From positions 2,912,001 to 2,976,000 of the forward strand of contig OZ242010.1 in the NCBI GenBank assembly GCA_965204745.1: a stretch of 64,000 nt of DNA. Reading direction: 5' to 3'. Both the position numbers and the translations under genes were made by a program. Every line of letters begins with the position of its first letter. Within the stretch, counting starts at the first letter, position 1. This stretch comes from Candidatus Latescibacterota bacterium. Its GTDB lineage: Bacteria > Latescibacterota > UBA2968. Shown in pieces: positions 28,405 through 36,871 of the stretch. The notes below the pieces were generated by a model. It did not search any database, was not told where the DNA came from, and worked only from the letters and a program-made list of their open reading frames with translations.

Positions 28405-29241
28405 TCAGAGATTTTGGATTGCATAGACCGCTTTGTCGATTTGGTCTGCGGTGATGGATTCGGCTAGGGCGTCGAAACCGAGCAACAAGGCGATGTCGCA
28501 GATGTTGTTCATTTCTCGCGGGATGCCGTTAGATGCGCGGTAGAGCGCGTCGAGGGCGGCTTTGTCAAATAAGGGCCGTTTGCGTCCGGCTTTCTTCAGG
28601 CGCGTTTGCACATAGGCGTGGGTTTCCTCGCGCTTGAGCGGTACGAGGTGCGATTCGCGGGCGACCTGTTGTGCCAACGGGTCGAGGCTTGCGACGCGGT
28701 CTTTGAGGGCAGGCGGGCCGATGAGGATCAAGGTGAGAAAGAACCGGTCATTGCGCTGGAAGCTGAACAGGGATTGCAATTCCGCAAAGGTGTCGTCGTC
28801 TTCAATGGCTTGGGCCTCATCGACAATGACGACCGTGTACTTGCCTGCATTGGCACTTTTGACGACCTGAACCTCGAGGGCGCGGCGCAGGGCGGAGATG
28901 GCGTGCGATTGCGTTTCAACGCCCAACTGGTTGAGCAGGTCCCGCAGAAAATCGCGCGGGGAAAGGCCGGATTTGGTCATCAGGGCAATGGCGTACCTGT
29001 CCGGGGACAGGTCTTGGATGAGGATGCGGCTCAAGACGGTCTTGCCGCAACCGGTGTCGCCCGTCAGCACGGCGGCGCCCATGCGTTTGTCGATTGCGTA
29101 AAACATGTGCAACAATGCCTTTTGGTGGTCCGTTGCGGGATAGAAAAACCGCGGGTCCGGAACATTTTCAAATGGCAGTTCTCTCAAGTTCCAATAGTCC
29201 TGATACACGCTCGTGATCCTTTGTGTGAAATCCGATGGCAA
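28405..29241 (-). CDS. ExeA/GspA-family AAA ATPase
   Basis: PFENVPDPRFFY, GDTGCGKT, IVDEAQ, ASNGIPREMNNICD. Confidence 0.88.
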   Translation of the reverse strand: MPSDFTQRITSVYQDYWNLRELPFENVPDPRFFYPATDHQKALLHMFYAIDKRMGAAVLTGDTGCGKTVLSRILIQDLSPDRYAIALMTKSGLSPRDFLRDLLNQLGVETQSHAISALRRALEVQVVKSANAGKYTVVIVDEAQAIEDDDTFAELQSLFSFQRNDRFFLTLILIGPPALKDRVASLDPLAQQVARESHLVPLKREETHAYVQTRLKKAGRKRPLFDKAALDALYRASNGIPREMNNICDIALLLGFDALAESITADQIDKAVYAIQNL

Positions 29242-29526
29242 TGCCTATCGGCGCGGTGGTTGAATACGACACGCATTCCAAACGAATATAGGTACGCAAG
29301 GCGGTCTGTGTCAAGCGAACGAAATGGGCAACGCGGTGGTTGTAGAGGCGTTCAAGGCACTGCTTCGGACAAGCACAGTACGATAGCCTTTCATCCTGCG
29401 TAATCCGCTGTCAACGACGAGAGGCGCGACCACTCATCCCGCGTAAAATACTTTGACGAACTGCGTCCGTAGCCTATATTGCGCGGTAATCATCGATGTT
29501 TTTCGCCGTTCATCGCGGAGGTCTGT

Positions 29527-31050
29527 ATGGCTTGGTGGCAATCCGTTTTGCTGGCCACTTACAGCCTTGTGTTTGCGTTGTTGTTGCTCGTCAGCCTGCA
29601 CCGGCACTTGATGGTCCATCTCTATTACAAGCACAGGCGCGTGCGGCCCATGCCCCGCGGCGCGTTTGACGAATGGCCCGTCGTCACCGTGCAACTGCCC
29701 GTGTTTAACGAACGCTATGTGGTCGAGCGGCTGATTCGCGCAGTCGCCAACATGGATTATCCACGCGAGCGGCTCGAAATTCAGGTGTTGGACGATTCGA
29801 CCGATGAAACGACCGCGATAGCCGCGCAATGCGTGGATGAACTTCGGCGTTCAGGGGTAGCTATCGCGCTGATCCATCGCGACGTACGCACCGGGTACAA
29901 GGCGGGCGCGCTGGCAGAGGGATTACGGGTTGCGCGGGGCGAGTTCATCGCGATTTTTGACGCGGATTTTTTGCCGCCGCCCGAGTTTTTGAAGCGCGTC
30001 ATCCCGCATTTTACGGATTCGGAAGTGGGCATGGTTCAGACGCGCTGGGGGCACTTGAACCGGGAGTACTCGTTGTTGACGCGGGTACAGGCCATTTATC
30101 TCGACGGGCATTTTGTGATGGAACACGGCGCGCGCAGCCGGTCGGGCCTGTTTTTCAATTTCAATGGCACGGCAGGCATTTGGCGGCGGACGTGCATCGA
30201 CGACGCGGGCGGCTGGCAACACGATACCCTGACCGAAGACCTGGATTTGAGTTATCGCGCACAGTTGGCGGGTTGGCGGTTTGTCTATTTATCCGATGCC
30301 GTGACGCCGGCCGAAATCCCAGTGGAGGTCAATGCTTGGAAGTCGCAGCAGTTTCGATGGGCAAAAGGATCTGTGCAGACCGCGAAAAAAAATCTGCGGA
30401 CCCTGTTGAAAAGTCGGTTTCCGTGGCGCGTCAAGGGCGAGGCCGCGTTTCATTTGGTGACGAATTTTTCCTATCTGTTGATGGTGATGATCTCGGTGCT
30501 CATTTTTCCCGCGATTGTTCTGCGCGAAGACTTGGGTTGGCTCAGGGTGTTGCTGATCGACTTTCCCCTGTTTGTCGGCGCGACCGGGGTGATCTCGCGG
30601 TATTACATCCACGCGCAGCGCGAAATTTATTCGGATTGGAAGGCGCGCATTTTGTATTTGCCGTGCGTGTTGGCGTTGGGCATGGGCATTTCGTTGAACA
30701 ATGCGCGGGGCGTGCTTCAGGCATTGCGCGGGCACGAGACCGCGTTTCAGCGCACGCCGAAGTATCGGGTTGTGGGGCGCGCTGGCAACTGGTGGCGCGA
30801 GACTTATGCGATAAAAAAGAACATGACGGCATTTTTGGAAATCGGCCTCGGGTTTTACTTGCTGATCGCCATGGCGTATTCGATAGGGCGCGGGCTGTAC
30901 TTTCCCGTGCCATTCCTAATGTTATTTGCCTCGGGCTTTTTTTTTGTGGGCGGCATGTCGTTGTTCCAAGGGCTTTGGGCGCGCCTAAATGCACAGCGGT
31001 TGGCGGTTGGCGATCTGCGGTTAGCGGTTGGCGATCAGACGGAGGAGTAG
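29527..31050 (+). CDS. Processive family-2 glycosyltransferase (cellulose-synthase/CslA-like)
   Basis: VTVQLPVFNE, DDSTD, GYKAGAL, FDADF, LTEDLD, QQFRWAKG; heptamer repeats in last codons (30996-31037). Confidence 0.9.
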   Translation: MAWWQSVLLATYSLVFALLLLVSLHRHLMVHLYYKHRRVRPMPRGAFDEWPVVTVQLPVFNERYVVERLIRAVANMDYPRERLEIQVLDDSTDETTAIAAQCVDELRRSGVAIALIHRDVRTGYKAGALAEGLRVARGEFIAIFDADFLPPPEFLKRVIPHFTDSEVGMVQTRWGHLNREYSLLTRVQAIYLDGHFVMEHGARSRSGLFFNFNGTAGIWRRTCIDDAGGWQHDTLTEDLDLSYRAQLAGWRFVYLSDAVTPAEIPVEVNAWKSQQFRWAKGSVQTAKKNLRTLLKSRFPWRVKGEAAFHLVTNFSYLLMVMISVLIFPAIVLREDLGWLRVLLIDFPLFVGATGVISRYYIHAQREIYSDWKARILYLPCVLALGMGISLNNARGVLQALRGHETAFQRTPKYRVVGRAGNWWRETYAIKKNMTAFLEIGLGFYLLIAMAYSIGRGLYFPVPFLMLFASGFFFVGGMSLFQGLWARLNAQRLAVGDLRLAVGDQTEE

Positions 31051-31145
31051 GCGTTGTATCCCAAGCGGAACGCGAAGGGTCGTTTTCTTGTCTAATAAGG
31101 CGCGACGTAGTGCTGAAAATAGCCCCAAATAAAGCGGATTGACCC

Positions 31146-32003
31146 ATGGTAATGCGACTCAAAAATTCCTATTTGTGGGCGTATGCCGCAGCCATTTTGT
31201 TGCACATTGCGATCCTCGGCTTGGAAAATCCCCTTTTCGTCATCGCGCCGCCAAAGGCAGACGACGCGGTGTCGCCACCGATGATTTTTGAATTTGTCGA
31301 TGTGCCCACGCGCAAAGACGATGCGCGGCCCGAAGAAACCCGGCTGATCGCAGAGCGGGATCAACTCGCACGGGATCGGCAGACCGAACCCCTGCCGGAA
31401 GACCACTCGCCGTTTTCCGAAGGGATGGCGCGGGCAAAGGATATGGCGATGGCAGCGCAGGGCCAGGCGCGCAATCGGGCGCGAGATGCGGACGCGGCGC
31501 GGGAGCTGAAAGCGGCAGAGCATCCCCGATTCAGCTTTGCAGATGTGTTGCAGAAAAGCCCGGATGAAGCGCGGCAAGAACGGGAACGGGTCGTACTCGG
31601 CGGGGTAATGTTGCCCGAACAGCGCGTTCAGCAGGACAATCGCCAAACCCGTGCGCTGGAACGCGGGGGGTTGCAACTGAGCACTTACGCTTGGAATTAC
31701 GCGCCCTATTTGACCTATCTCAAGCGGCGGATCGAAGGAAATATTTTTCCGCCCCGGGCATTTGATTTGGGGATGCTCGAGGGCACGACTCGGGTGAAAT
31801 TTAGAATCTGGCGCGATGGGCGGCTCGAAGGCCCGGAACTCATCGACTACAAAGGCAGTGATCTGTTGCGCGATACGAGTTTGAAGGCCGTTGAACTCTC
31901 TGCGCGGTTCAAGGCACTGCCGCCGGATTTTCCGGATGAGTACCTCGAAATTGTGGGCGCGTTTGAATATATTATCCTCGGCAAAGGACCAAGGCGGCAA
32001 TAA
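31146..32003 (+). CDS. TonB/TolA-like energy transducer (TonB C-terminal domain)
   Basis: N-terminal TM with LLH; C-terminal YL..LKRRIE..P..VKFRIWRDG..LD..A..F..LPPDF; next to exbBD. Confidence 0.75.
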   Translation: MVMRLKNSYLWAYAAAILLHIAILGLENPLFVIAPPKADDAVSPPMIFEFVDVPTRKDDARPEETRLIAERDQLARDRQTEPLPEDHSPFSEGMARAKDMAMAAQGQARNRARDADAARELKAAEHPRFSFADVLQKSPDEARQERERVVLGGVMLPEQRVQQDNRQTRALERGGLQLSTYAWNYAPYLTYLKRRIEGNIFPPRAFDLGMLEGTTRVKFRIWRDGRLEGPELIDYKGSDLLRDTSLKAVELSARFKALPPDFPDEYLEIVGAFEYIILGKGPRRQ

Positions 32004-32004
32004 C

Positions 32005-32637
32005 ATGGGTTGGGCACTGTTTGAACAGGGTGGGTTGATGATGTACCCGCTGACCCTCTGCTCGGTGTTGGCGTTGGGCATTGCGATTGAGCGCGGGTTC
32101 GCGTTGCGCCGGCGCGCCATTATTCGCCCCGAAATCGTCAGCGTAATCGACAATATCCAAGGGCCGGAAGACATCGGGTTGGCACTCACGGTTTGCCGGC
32201 AATACAAAGGCCCGTTTTCCCAAGTGATGCGCGCGGGGCTAGACAATCGCCATTTGCCCCTTGAGGAGATTCGCGAGAGCATTTTGGATCAGGGGCGTCA
32301 GGAGATGGGCGCGTTGCAAAAGGGGTTGGTGGTGTTGGAAACCGTGGCCGGCGTGTCGCCACTTTTGGGGCTTTTGGGCACGGTTTTGGGCATGATCAAG
32401 GTGTTTCAACAGGTTTCAGAAGTGGGCGTGGGGCAGGCCAATCTCTTGGCAGGGGGCATTTCCGAGGCGATTTTGACGACGGCTGCGGGCCTGTTCATTG
32501 CGATTCCGTCTCTCGTGTTCTACAATTTGTACAGCAGCCGCGCAGAGAGTTTGATTTTGGAAATTGAAAAGTACGCCAATACCCTGTTGAAAAAGCTGCG
32601 GGGATTTCAAGGCACCGGCAAGGCGGAAATCCGATGA
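32005..32637 (+). CDS. exbB: MotA/TolQ/ExbB proton-channel protein
   Basis: GGLMMYPL, SPLLGLLGTVLGMI, LAGGISEAILTTAAGL. Confidence 0.88.
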   Translation: MGWALFEQGGLMMYPLTLCSVLALGIAIERGFALRRRAIIRPEIVSVIDNIQGPEDIGLALTVCRQYKGPFSQVMRAGLDNRHLPLEEIRESILDQGRQEMGALQKGLVVLETVAGVSPLLGLLGTVLGMIKVFQQVSEVGVGQANLLAGGISEAILTTAAGLFIAIPSLVFYNLYSSRAESLILEIEKYANTLLKKLRGFQGTGKAEIR

Positions 32638-33044
32638 GACTGCAAACGCCCCTCAAACGCCGACCGGCCGTGAATGTGACCTCGTTGATCGACGTGCTGT
32701 TCTTGTTGCTGACGTTCTTCCTCGTCACCACGCAATTCATAGATCAATCCGCGCTCAAGGTCGAATTGCCCGCAATGGCGCACTCGGAAAAAACGCAGCA
32801 TATCAGGCGTTATATTCTCAACGTGTCCGCAGATGGTCAAATGACGCTGGATGGGCAGGCCGTCAACCGCGAGCGCCTGCGGCACTTGCTCACGCGACAA
32901 GCGGCGGATGTGGATGCGAGTGGGGGCTTGGTCTTGCGCGCAGACCGGCACTTGCCCTACGGCGATGTGATGTCGATCCTCGACCTGATCAGAGGCACGG
33001 GAATCCGGCGAATTACCAATGCCACCGCAGAACCGGGGAAATAG
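32634..33044 (+). CDS. exbD: Biopolymer transporter ExbD
   Basis: NVTSLIDVLFLLLTFF, LRADRHLPYG. Confidence 0.9.
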   Translation: MRLQTPLKRRPAVNVTSLIDVLFLLLTFFLVTTQFIDQSALKVELPAMAHSEKTQHIRRYILNVSADGQMTLDGQAVNRERLRHLLTRQAADVDASGGLVLRADRHLPYGDVMSILDLIRGTGIRRITNATAEPGK

Positions 33045-33079
33045 ACGAGCTCTGAACCACCCCGCCCAACCCCCTTCGG

Positions 33080-33195
33080 TGAGAGGCAAGACGGGAGAGG
33101 TAAGAGGCGAGAGGCAAAAGGCGGTAAGAGGTAAGACGCAAGAGGGGAGAGGGGTGGCCTTCTCGCGTCTTGCCTCTGCCTTCTCACCTTTTTGG
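33080..33195 (+). repeat. Purine-rich heptamers, GGGTGGCC, pyrimidine-rich heptamers, T-tract
   Basis: Same architecture at 63632-63745. Confidence 0.8.
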
Positions 33196-33204
33196 GGTGG
33201 CGGA

Positions 33205-33311
33205 GGGGAACGCACTTGGCGGGGCGGTGTTGGGAAGGGCACGCACGGGCGGATGGGCGGATGAGCGGGGCACGCACTTGGGCGGATGAGTGGCTGGGGA
33301 TGGGCACGCAG
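33205..33311 (+). repeat. GGGCACGCAC(TT)GGGCGG dispersed repeat cluster
   Basis: Reverse-complement match to 60270-60378. Confidence 0.75.
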
Positions 33312-33329
33312 ATTTGAGAGATAGGAACA

Positions 33330-33938
33330 ATGCGCGATTCCAAATCGTCAAATTTTTCAAATGTCGAAGATATCCAACTTGTTGCCCAAGTTTTGGAAGG
33401 CAACACAGGAGCGTTTTCCGCATTGGTGCAACGACACCGCGAGCGCGTGTACCGCACGGCTTACAGCTTGGTCGGCGATCTCGACGAAGCAGACGATTTG
33501 GCACAAGAGGCATTTCTCAAGGCGTTTCGCGCCCTCAGACGATTTCGGGGACAATCGCTTTTTTCGACATGGCTACACCGCATCGCGGTCAACTGTTGCT
33601 TGGATTACCTCAAGTCCAAGCATCGGCGCAGCTTTGTTTCACTGGAAGAATATCGGGAAGATTGGGACGCGCCTCTCGTGTGGGTGAGGCGGTCCGAAAA
33701 TGCGGATGTGCGCGTCGAGCGGCGGGAATTGCAGGAACTTCTCGAGCGCGCTTTGGGCGATTTGTCCGAGGGATACCGCGTGACATTCGTCTTGCGAGAA
33801 CTCGAAGGGCTGGCCTACGAGGAAATCGCGGAGTTGCTCGGTTGTTCGATTGGCACGGTTAAATCTCGCCTGTTCCGCGCGCGAGCAAAACTCCGAGAAA
33901 TTTTGCAGGTGCAATACGAAAACTGGATCGAGGCGTGA
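33330..33938 (+). CDS. ECF sigma-70 factor (RpoE-like)
   Basis: DDLAQEAFLKAF, FSTWLHRIAVN, YEEIAELLGCSIGTVKSRLFRAR. Confidence 0.93.
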   Translation: MRDSKSSNFSNVEDIQLVAQVLEGNTGAFSALVQRHRERVYRTAYSLVGDLDEADDLAQEAFLKAFRALRRFRGQSLFSTWLHRIAVNCCLDYLKSKHRRSFVSLEEYREDWDAPLVWVRRSENADVRVERRELQELLERALGDLSEGYRVTFVLRELEGLAYEEIAELLGCSIGTVKSRLFRARAKLREILQVQYENWIEA

Positions 33939-33939
33939 T

Positions 33940-34419
33940 ATGGACGCAGACAACACCGTCGACATCGACCGCGAATTGTTGTCGGCATATCTCGATGACG
34001 CGCTGACAGAAGCGGACCGCGCCCGGGTTGACCGGCTGTTGCTCACGTCTGAAAGTGCGCGGCGCGAACTGAGCGAGATGGTGCGGGTGCGCGAATTGTT
34101 CGCCGCATGGTCTCCGCCCTCGCCCGACCCCTTTTTCGTGCGCCGCGTGAATAGGCGAATCGTCGAGGAAGTGGCGCGTGGAAACAACCGCTGGCACAGC
34201 AGGGTGCAAAAATTTGCCACCGCTGCGATGGTGCTGATTTCGATAGGCTCGCTGGCATTTTTGACACAGCGGTTGAACCGAGAGGTCGAACCGGTGACGC
34301 TGGATTCTTTTTTGCAGGGGTCGCTCGACCGCGAGGTGCGCGAGGTTGCGAGTTTGACCGAAGATGATTTTTCCAAGGATCGCGTGCTCGATCTCGTCGT
34401 TTCCAGTGCGGCGCGCTAG
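33940..34419 (+). CDS. Membrane anti-sigma factor
   Basis: ELLSAYLDDAL N-terminus, single TM, adjacent to ECF sigma. Confidence 0.8.
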   Translation: MDADNTVDIDRELLSAYLDDALTEADRARVDRLLLTSESARRELSEMVRVRELFAAWSPPSPDPFFVRRVNRRIVEEVARGNNRWHSRVQKFATAAMVLISIGSLAFLTQRLNREVEPVTLDSFLQGSLDREVREVASLTEDDFSKDRVLDLVVSSAAR

Positions 34420-34447
34420 TCCAAATGTCGGATTGAAAGGGTTGGTC

Positions 34448-34819
34448 ATGTTTATTTCGCGGTTCCGATTTATCGGCCTGCTCGTTTTGTGTTTCTTGAT
34501 CGGCGCGGTGACAGGGACGGTGTACGAGGGTCTCGCGTCCGGTCAGGCTGGCAAGCGGCGGGTGCGTATGGCTGAAATGGTGGCAAAGCTCGACTTGTCC
34601 GAGGATCAAAAAGCGCGGCTGGACAGGGTGTTGGAGAACGGGCGCAAATGTATGGTGGATATCAATACGTCGTACCGCGCCGAGTTTGGCAAAGTGCGAA
34701 ATGCGACCAAGGCCGAAATTCACGAAATTTTGACGCCAGAACAGCGGAAAGAGTTTGATGCGATCATCGCCGAACAAGCCGCTCGGCGGCGTCATTCCCA
34801 TAGACACCCGGCTCGGTAA
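34448..34819 (+). CDS. Periplasmic Spy/CpxP-like helical protein
   Basis: LDLSEDQ and ILTPEQ (LTxxQ) motifs after a TM/signal segment. Confidence 0.7.
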   Translation: MFISRFRFIGLLVLCFLIGAVTGTVYEGLASGQAGKRRVRMAEMVAKLDLSEDQKARLDRVLENGRKCMVDINTSYRAEFGKVRNATKAEIHEILTPEQRKEFDAIIAEQAARRRHSHRHPAR

Positions 34820-34992
34820 AGGCGATAGACACAAAAAGGCGATAGCCAGTTCAAAGGCATAAAAGGCGATAGCCACAAAAGGCACAAAAGGCACAAAAGG
34901 CGATAGCCAATTCAAAGGCACAAAAGGCGACAGCCAGTTCAAAGGCGATAGCCACAAAAGGCACAAATCGCCTTTTACCTCTTACTTTTTGC
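34818..34992 (+). repeat. Array of CACAAAAGG and GCGAYAGCCAGTTCAAAGG units
   Basis: Starts at the stop codon; same units as 13021-13080, 19600-19775 and 49436-49505. Confidence 0.85.
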
Positions 34993-35005
34993 ACAAAGGG
35001 AGCAG

Positions 35006-36871
35006 ATGATGCGATCAATTTTTAATCGTCAGTGGTTTGTTCTGATTTTTCTCGCGCTTTTTGCCTGTGGGGAAGAGGAAGCACAACAGGCGGAGGGACG
35101 TGGTGGGCGCGGTGGGCGTGGTGGGCGCGGTGGCGGTGCGGCTGCACCTGTGAAGGTCGAGGCGGTGAAACGCGGGGATATTTCCTCTTATATCCTGAAA
35201 AATACGACCCTTGAAGCCGAGAGATGGGTCGATGTGCGGGCGCGGACAACCGGGCAGGTTATTTCCATTCTCAAGGAAGAGGGCGATCCGGTACGCGCGG
35301 GCACCGTGCTCGCTCGGCTCGATGCGGACAATGCGCGGATCACGGTTTCACAGCGCGAAGTCGCCTATCGAGAAGCCCTTCAGCAGTACGAGCGGGAAGA
35401 CGCTTTGTTCCAGCGCAATTTGGGTAGCAAAGAGGCGTATGAAAGGGCAAAAACACAGCTCGAGGCAGCCAAAGCGCAACTCGAACAAGCCAAACTCACG
35501 CTGAGTTATACGGCGATTACGTCGCCTATCGCGGGCATTATGACCCTGAGAAATATCGAATTGGGCAATATGGTTACCAACAATCAGGTCGTGGCCTCTG
35601 TCGCCAAATTCAATCCCCTGCTCGCGCGCATTCAGGTCACGGAAAAGGACTTTGGCAAAATTACGGTGGGGCAGATCGCGCGCATTACCGTCGAAGCCGC
35701 GCCCGAAAGAGAATTTACGGGCACGGTGAAGATGATCAGCCCGGTGGTGGATCCCGCAAGTGGCACGGTGAAAGTGACCGTTGAGATCCCCCGAACAGAA
35801 GAAAGCCTGTTGCGTCCGGGGATGTTTGCCTCGGTTTATATCATCACGGAAACGCGGAGAAGTACGCTGGTGATTCCCAAAAAAGCCCTGGTGCTCGAAG
35901 GAGAAGGCAATCAGGTTTTTGTTTATGAAACCGATTCCGAGACCGGGCGCGGGCAGGCGCAGCGCAGGCGCATTGAAATCGGGTTCACAGACAGCGACCG
36001 CTTAGAAATTCTTTCCGGCCTTTCGCTCCGTGAACAGGTCATCACGGTCGGACAGGAAGGATTGAGGCCCGGGTCTTCGGTGCGCCTCGTAGGCGAGGCC
36101 GCGCCGCCCGCATTTGCCGGGCGCGGCGGGATGGGTGCTGGTGGACGCGGCGGAGGTGGCGGTTTTGCAGGCGGTGGGCAAATGGGCCAAGGCGGTGGTT
36201 TTGCAGGTGGCGGCGATCCCACAGACCGCGTCAAGCGGATGCTCGAGCGTTTTCCCGAAGCCAAAGCCGAATACGATAAGCGCGTGAAGGGCGATCCGCA
36301 ACTGGCGACGGATCTGGACAAACTCCGCGCATTTATGGCCGAGATGCGAGAAAAGGGCTTGATCGCAGGCGGACAGGGGCGCGGCTTCGGCGGTGGGCAA
36401 ATGGGTGAAGGCAGGGGCCAAGGCCGTCGAGGTGGCGATGGCGGATTCGCTGGCGGCGGTCAACGAGGCCGAGGCGATGGGGCAGGTGGGCAGATGGGCG
36501 AAGGTAGGGGCCAAGGCCGTCAAGGTGGCGACAGCGGTTTTGCAGGTGGTGGTCAACGAGGCAGGGGCGATGGGACTGGTGGGCAGATGGGCGAAGGTGG
36601 ACGCCGCGGACAGCGCGGTGGCGACGGTGGTTTTGCAGGCGGTCAACGAGGCCGAGGTGAGGGGGCTGGTGGGCAGATGGGGCAAGGCGGTGGTGATCCC
36701 ACAGAGCGGATGAAACGCATGATCGAGCGTCTTCCCGAAGTGAAAGCCGAATACGACAAGCGCGTGAAGGGCGATCCGCAACTGGCGACGGATCTGGACA
36801 AACTCCGCGCATTTATGGCCGAGATGCGAGAAAAGGGGTTGGTCCCCGCGCGAGGCAGACGAGGTAATTAA
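35006..36871 (+). CDS. RND efflux membrane-fusion lipoprotein with Gly/Arg-rich C-terminal extension
   Basis: Lipobox LFAC; KEEGDPV, ITSPIAG, SPVVDPASGTVKV, LRPGMF; duplicated 49-aa domain. Confidence 0.9.
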   Translation: MMRSIFNRQWFVLIFLALFACGEEEAQQAEGRGGRGGRGGRGGGAAAPVKVEAVKRGDISSYILKNTTLEAERWVDVRARTTGQVISILKEEGDPVRAGTVLARLDADNARITVSQREVAYREALQQYEREDALFQRNLGSKEAYERAKTQLEAAKAQLEQAKLTLSYTAITSPIAGIMTLRNIELGNMVTNNQVVASVAKFNPLLARIQVTEKDFGKITVGQIARITVEAAPEREFTGTVKMISPVVDPASGTVKVTVEIPRTEESLLRPGMFASVYIITETRRSTLVIPKKALVLEGEGNQVFVYETDSETGRGQAQRRRIEIGFTDSDRLEILSGLSLREQVITVGQEGLRPGSSVRLVGEAAPPAFAGRGGMGAGGRGGGGGFAGGGQMGQGGGFAGGGDPTDRVKRMLERFPEAKAEYDKRVKGDPQLATDLDKLRAFMAEMREKGLIAGGQGRGFGGGQMGEGRGQGRRGGDGGFAGGGQRGRGDGAGGQMGEGRGQGRQGGDSGFAGGGQRGRGDGTGGQMGEGGRRGQRGGDGGFAGGQRGRGEGAGGQMGQGGGDPTERMKRMIERLPEVKAEYDKRVKGDPQLATDLDKLRAFMAEMREKGLVPARGRRGN

